From assembly GCA_036630325.1 (NCBI GenBank), contig CP142730.1, positions 372,001 to 436,000 of the forward strand: a stretch of 64,000 bases of DNA, in the 5' to 3' direction. Below the pieces are notes generated by a model. The model was given only the letters and a program-made list of their open reading frames with translations. It was not told the DNA's origin and made no database searches. Shown here in pieces: positions 62,894 to 64,000 of the stretch; the first letter of the stretch is position 1; every line of letters begins with the position of its first letter. Position numbers and translations under genes: made by a program. The stretch is from Vairimorpha necatrix (lineage: Eukaryota).

Positions 62894-63521
62894 GGGAAAA
62901 TATTTATTATGGGTTTTATTATAAAAAAGAGCTGAAACTGTATGTTTTAAATGATCATATTTACAATGTAAAACATTTTAAAACAAAAAAAAATATAAGT
63001 TTTATAATAAATAAATAAAAAAAATAAGTGCTTAATTAAAAACGGTATATTAAATTATAATTTAGACAATTTATAACTACATTTTGATGTCTAAAAAAAG
63101 TAGATTTTTATGTCATAAAATGTAATTTCAATTTTTCAGAAAACCAAACTAGTTAGGTTGTACAAAAATTTTGTAAATATTGTTTTTTGAATTATATTTG
63201 ATTTTGTAAATGTAGTAATTTATGACTTTTAAAATTTGATGTCTTTTCAAATTATGACATTTATTTTTTAAAATTGTTCCAATCATTTTGACACTTTAAT
63301 ATATCAAATGTAAAAGTTTTTGAATATGAGATTTTTACTTTCATATTAATTTTTCACTTAATTGTGTTATATTAATTTTTTAGTTAACCTTAATACATTT
63401 CTAATTATCTTGTATATGACAGATAAATACATTTAAAATGATTCTGTATATGACAGATAAATACATTTAAAACAAAAAAATGACATTTTTAATATAAAAA
63501 TAAATCAAATATTTACCCTCA

Positions 63522-64000
63522 ATGAAAATAATCAAATTAACGGAAAATATCTCCAATCTTGACACTTCTGCATATGCAGAAGATGATAAATTCCTTGTAT
63601 TTGATATTGATGGTACTTTGTACAAAGAAAATAAAGAACTAGTCTCAAAAAGGAGATTAGCGCAATGGAAGCATCTCAATAGAGATCTAAATATCTCATT
63701 CGACGAATTCGAATCTAAAAGTAAAATTTATACAAAAAAATACGGAACTAATTATAAAGGTTTTTTAAAAGATTATAAAATAGGTGAGGATTTAATAAAA
63801 AATATTGATAATGTTTACGGGGAGATTTCTGATCATCTTACTGATCCTTCAGCATCAATCGAATTATTAAAAAATTTATCGAACTCGCAAAAGCGAGTTC
63901 GAATATTTTGTTTTTCGAATTCTACTAGTAAACAATCAGAATACACTTTGAATATACTAAATATTAGTAAATATGTTGATACATTGTTTTGTACTGGGTA
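63522..64000 (+). CDS. HAD-superfamily pyrimidine 5'-nucleotidase (Sdt1/Ssm1-like), 3' partial
   Basis: Not in the ORF track. ATG after TTTACCCTCA; MKIIKLT...FLVFDIDGTLY (HAD motif I), YTKKYG, FCFSNS (motif II); open to the window end. Confidence 0.85.
   Translation, partial: MKIIKLTENISNLDTSAYAEDDKFLVFDIDGTLYKENKELVSKRRLAQWKHLNRDLNISFDEFESKSKIYTKKYGTNYKGFLKDYKIGEDLIKNIDNVYGEISDHLTDPSASIELLKNLSNSQKRVRIFCFSNSTSKQSEYTLNILNISKYVDTLFCTG

Noticed and set aside
49338-63679. Short opposite-strand ORFs over core genes (e.g. 50024, 57294, 58841, 63467)
   Set aside because: Antisense shadows caused by biased codon usage; no motifs or CCC starts.

Overview
Very AT-rich eukaryotic DNA, almost certainly from a microsporidian (Nosema/Vairimorpha-like; inferred from short, divergent core genes without apparent introns, a CCC motif just upstream of most start codons, and the transposon types). 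The window has two compartments. (1) About 1-47 kb is gene-poor. It holds two decayed full-length Ty3/gypsy LTR elements with very short LTRs (128 and ~75 bp), several fragments of an RLE-type non-LTR retrotransposon, a Mutator-like non-autonomous TIR element, a ~4.3-4.8 kb tandem segmental duplication, a pseudogene and two paralogous families of lineage-specific secreted/surface proteins. (2) About 47-64 kb is a dense block of housekeeping genes: BAP31, DPB2-like, NASP/Sim3, Nse3/MAGE, RPC5, an FHA-like protein, VMA4, DRG1/RBG1, tRNA-Gln, ARP5, ASE1, a TRAPPC2-family gene, HAP5 and an SDT1-like HAD enzyme. The most interesting signal is a four-member family (11.7, 22.7, 26.5, 33.2 kb). Each member has a signal peptide, a homogenised pro-domain and an R-X-K/R-R (kexin/furin-type) site, followed by a 43-44 aa C-terminal peptide with a hypervariable C-x4-C loop. 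This looks like an undescribed diversifying peptide-precursor (effector) system. All calls come from reading the sequence by eye; no searches were run.
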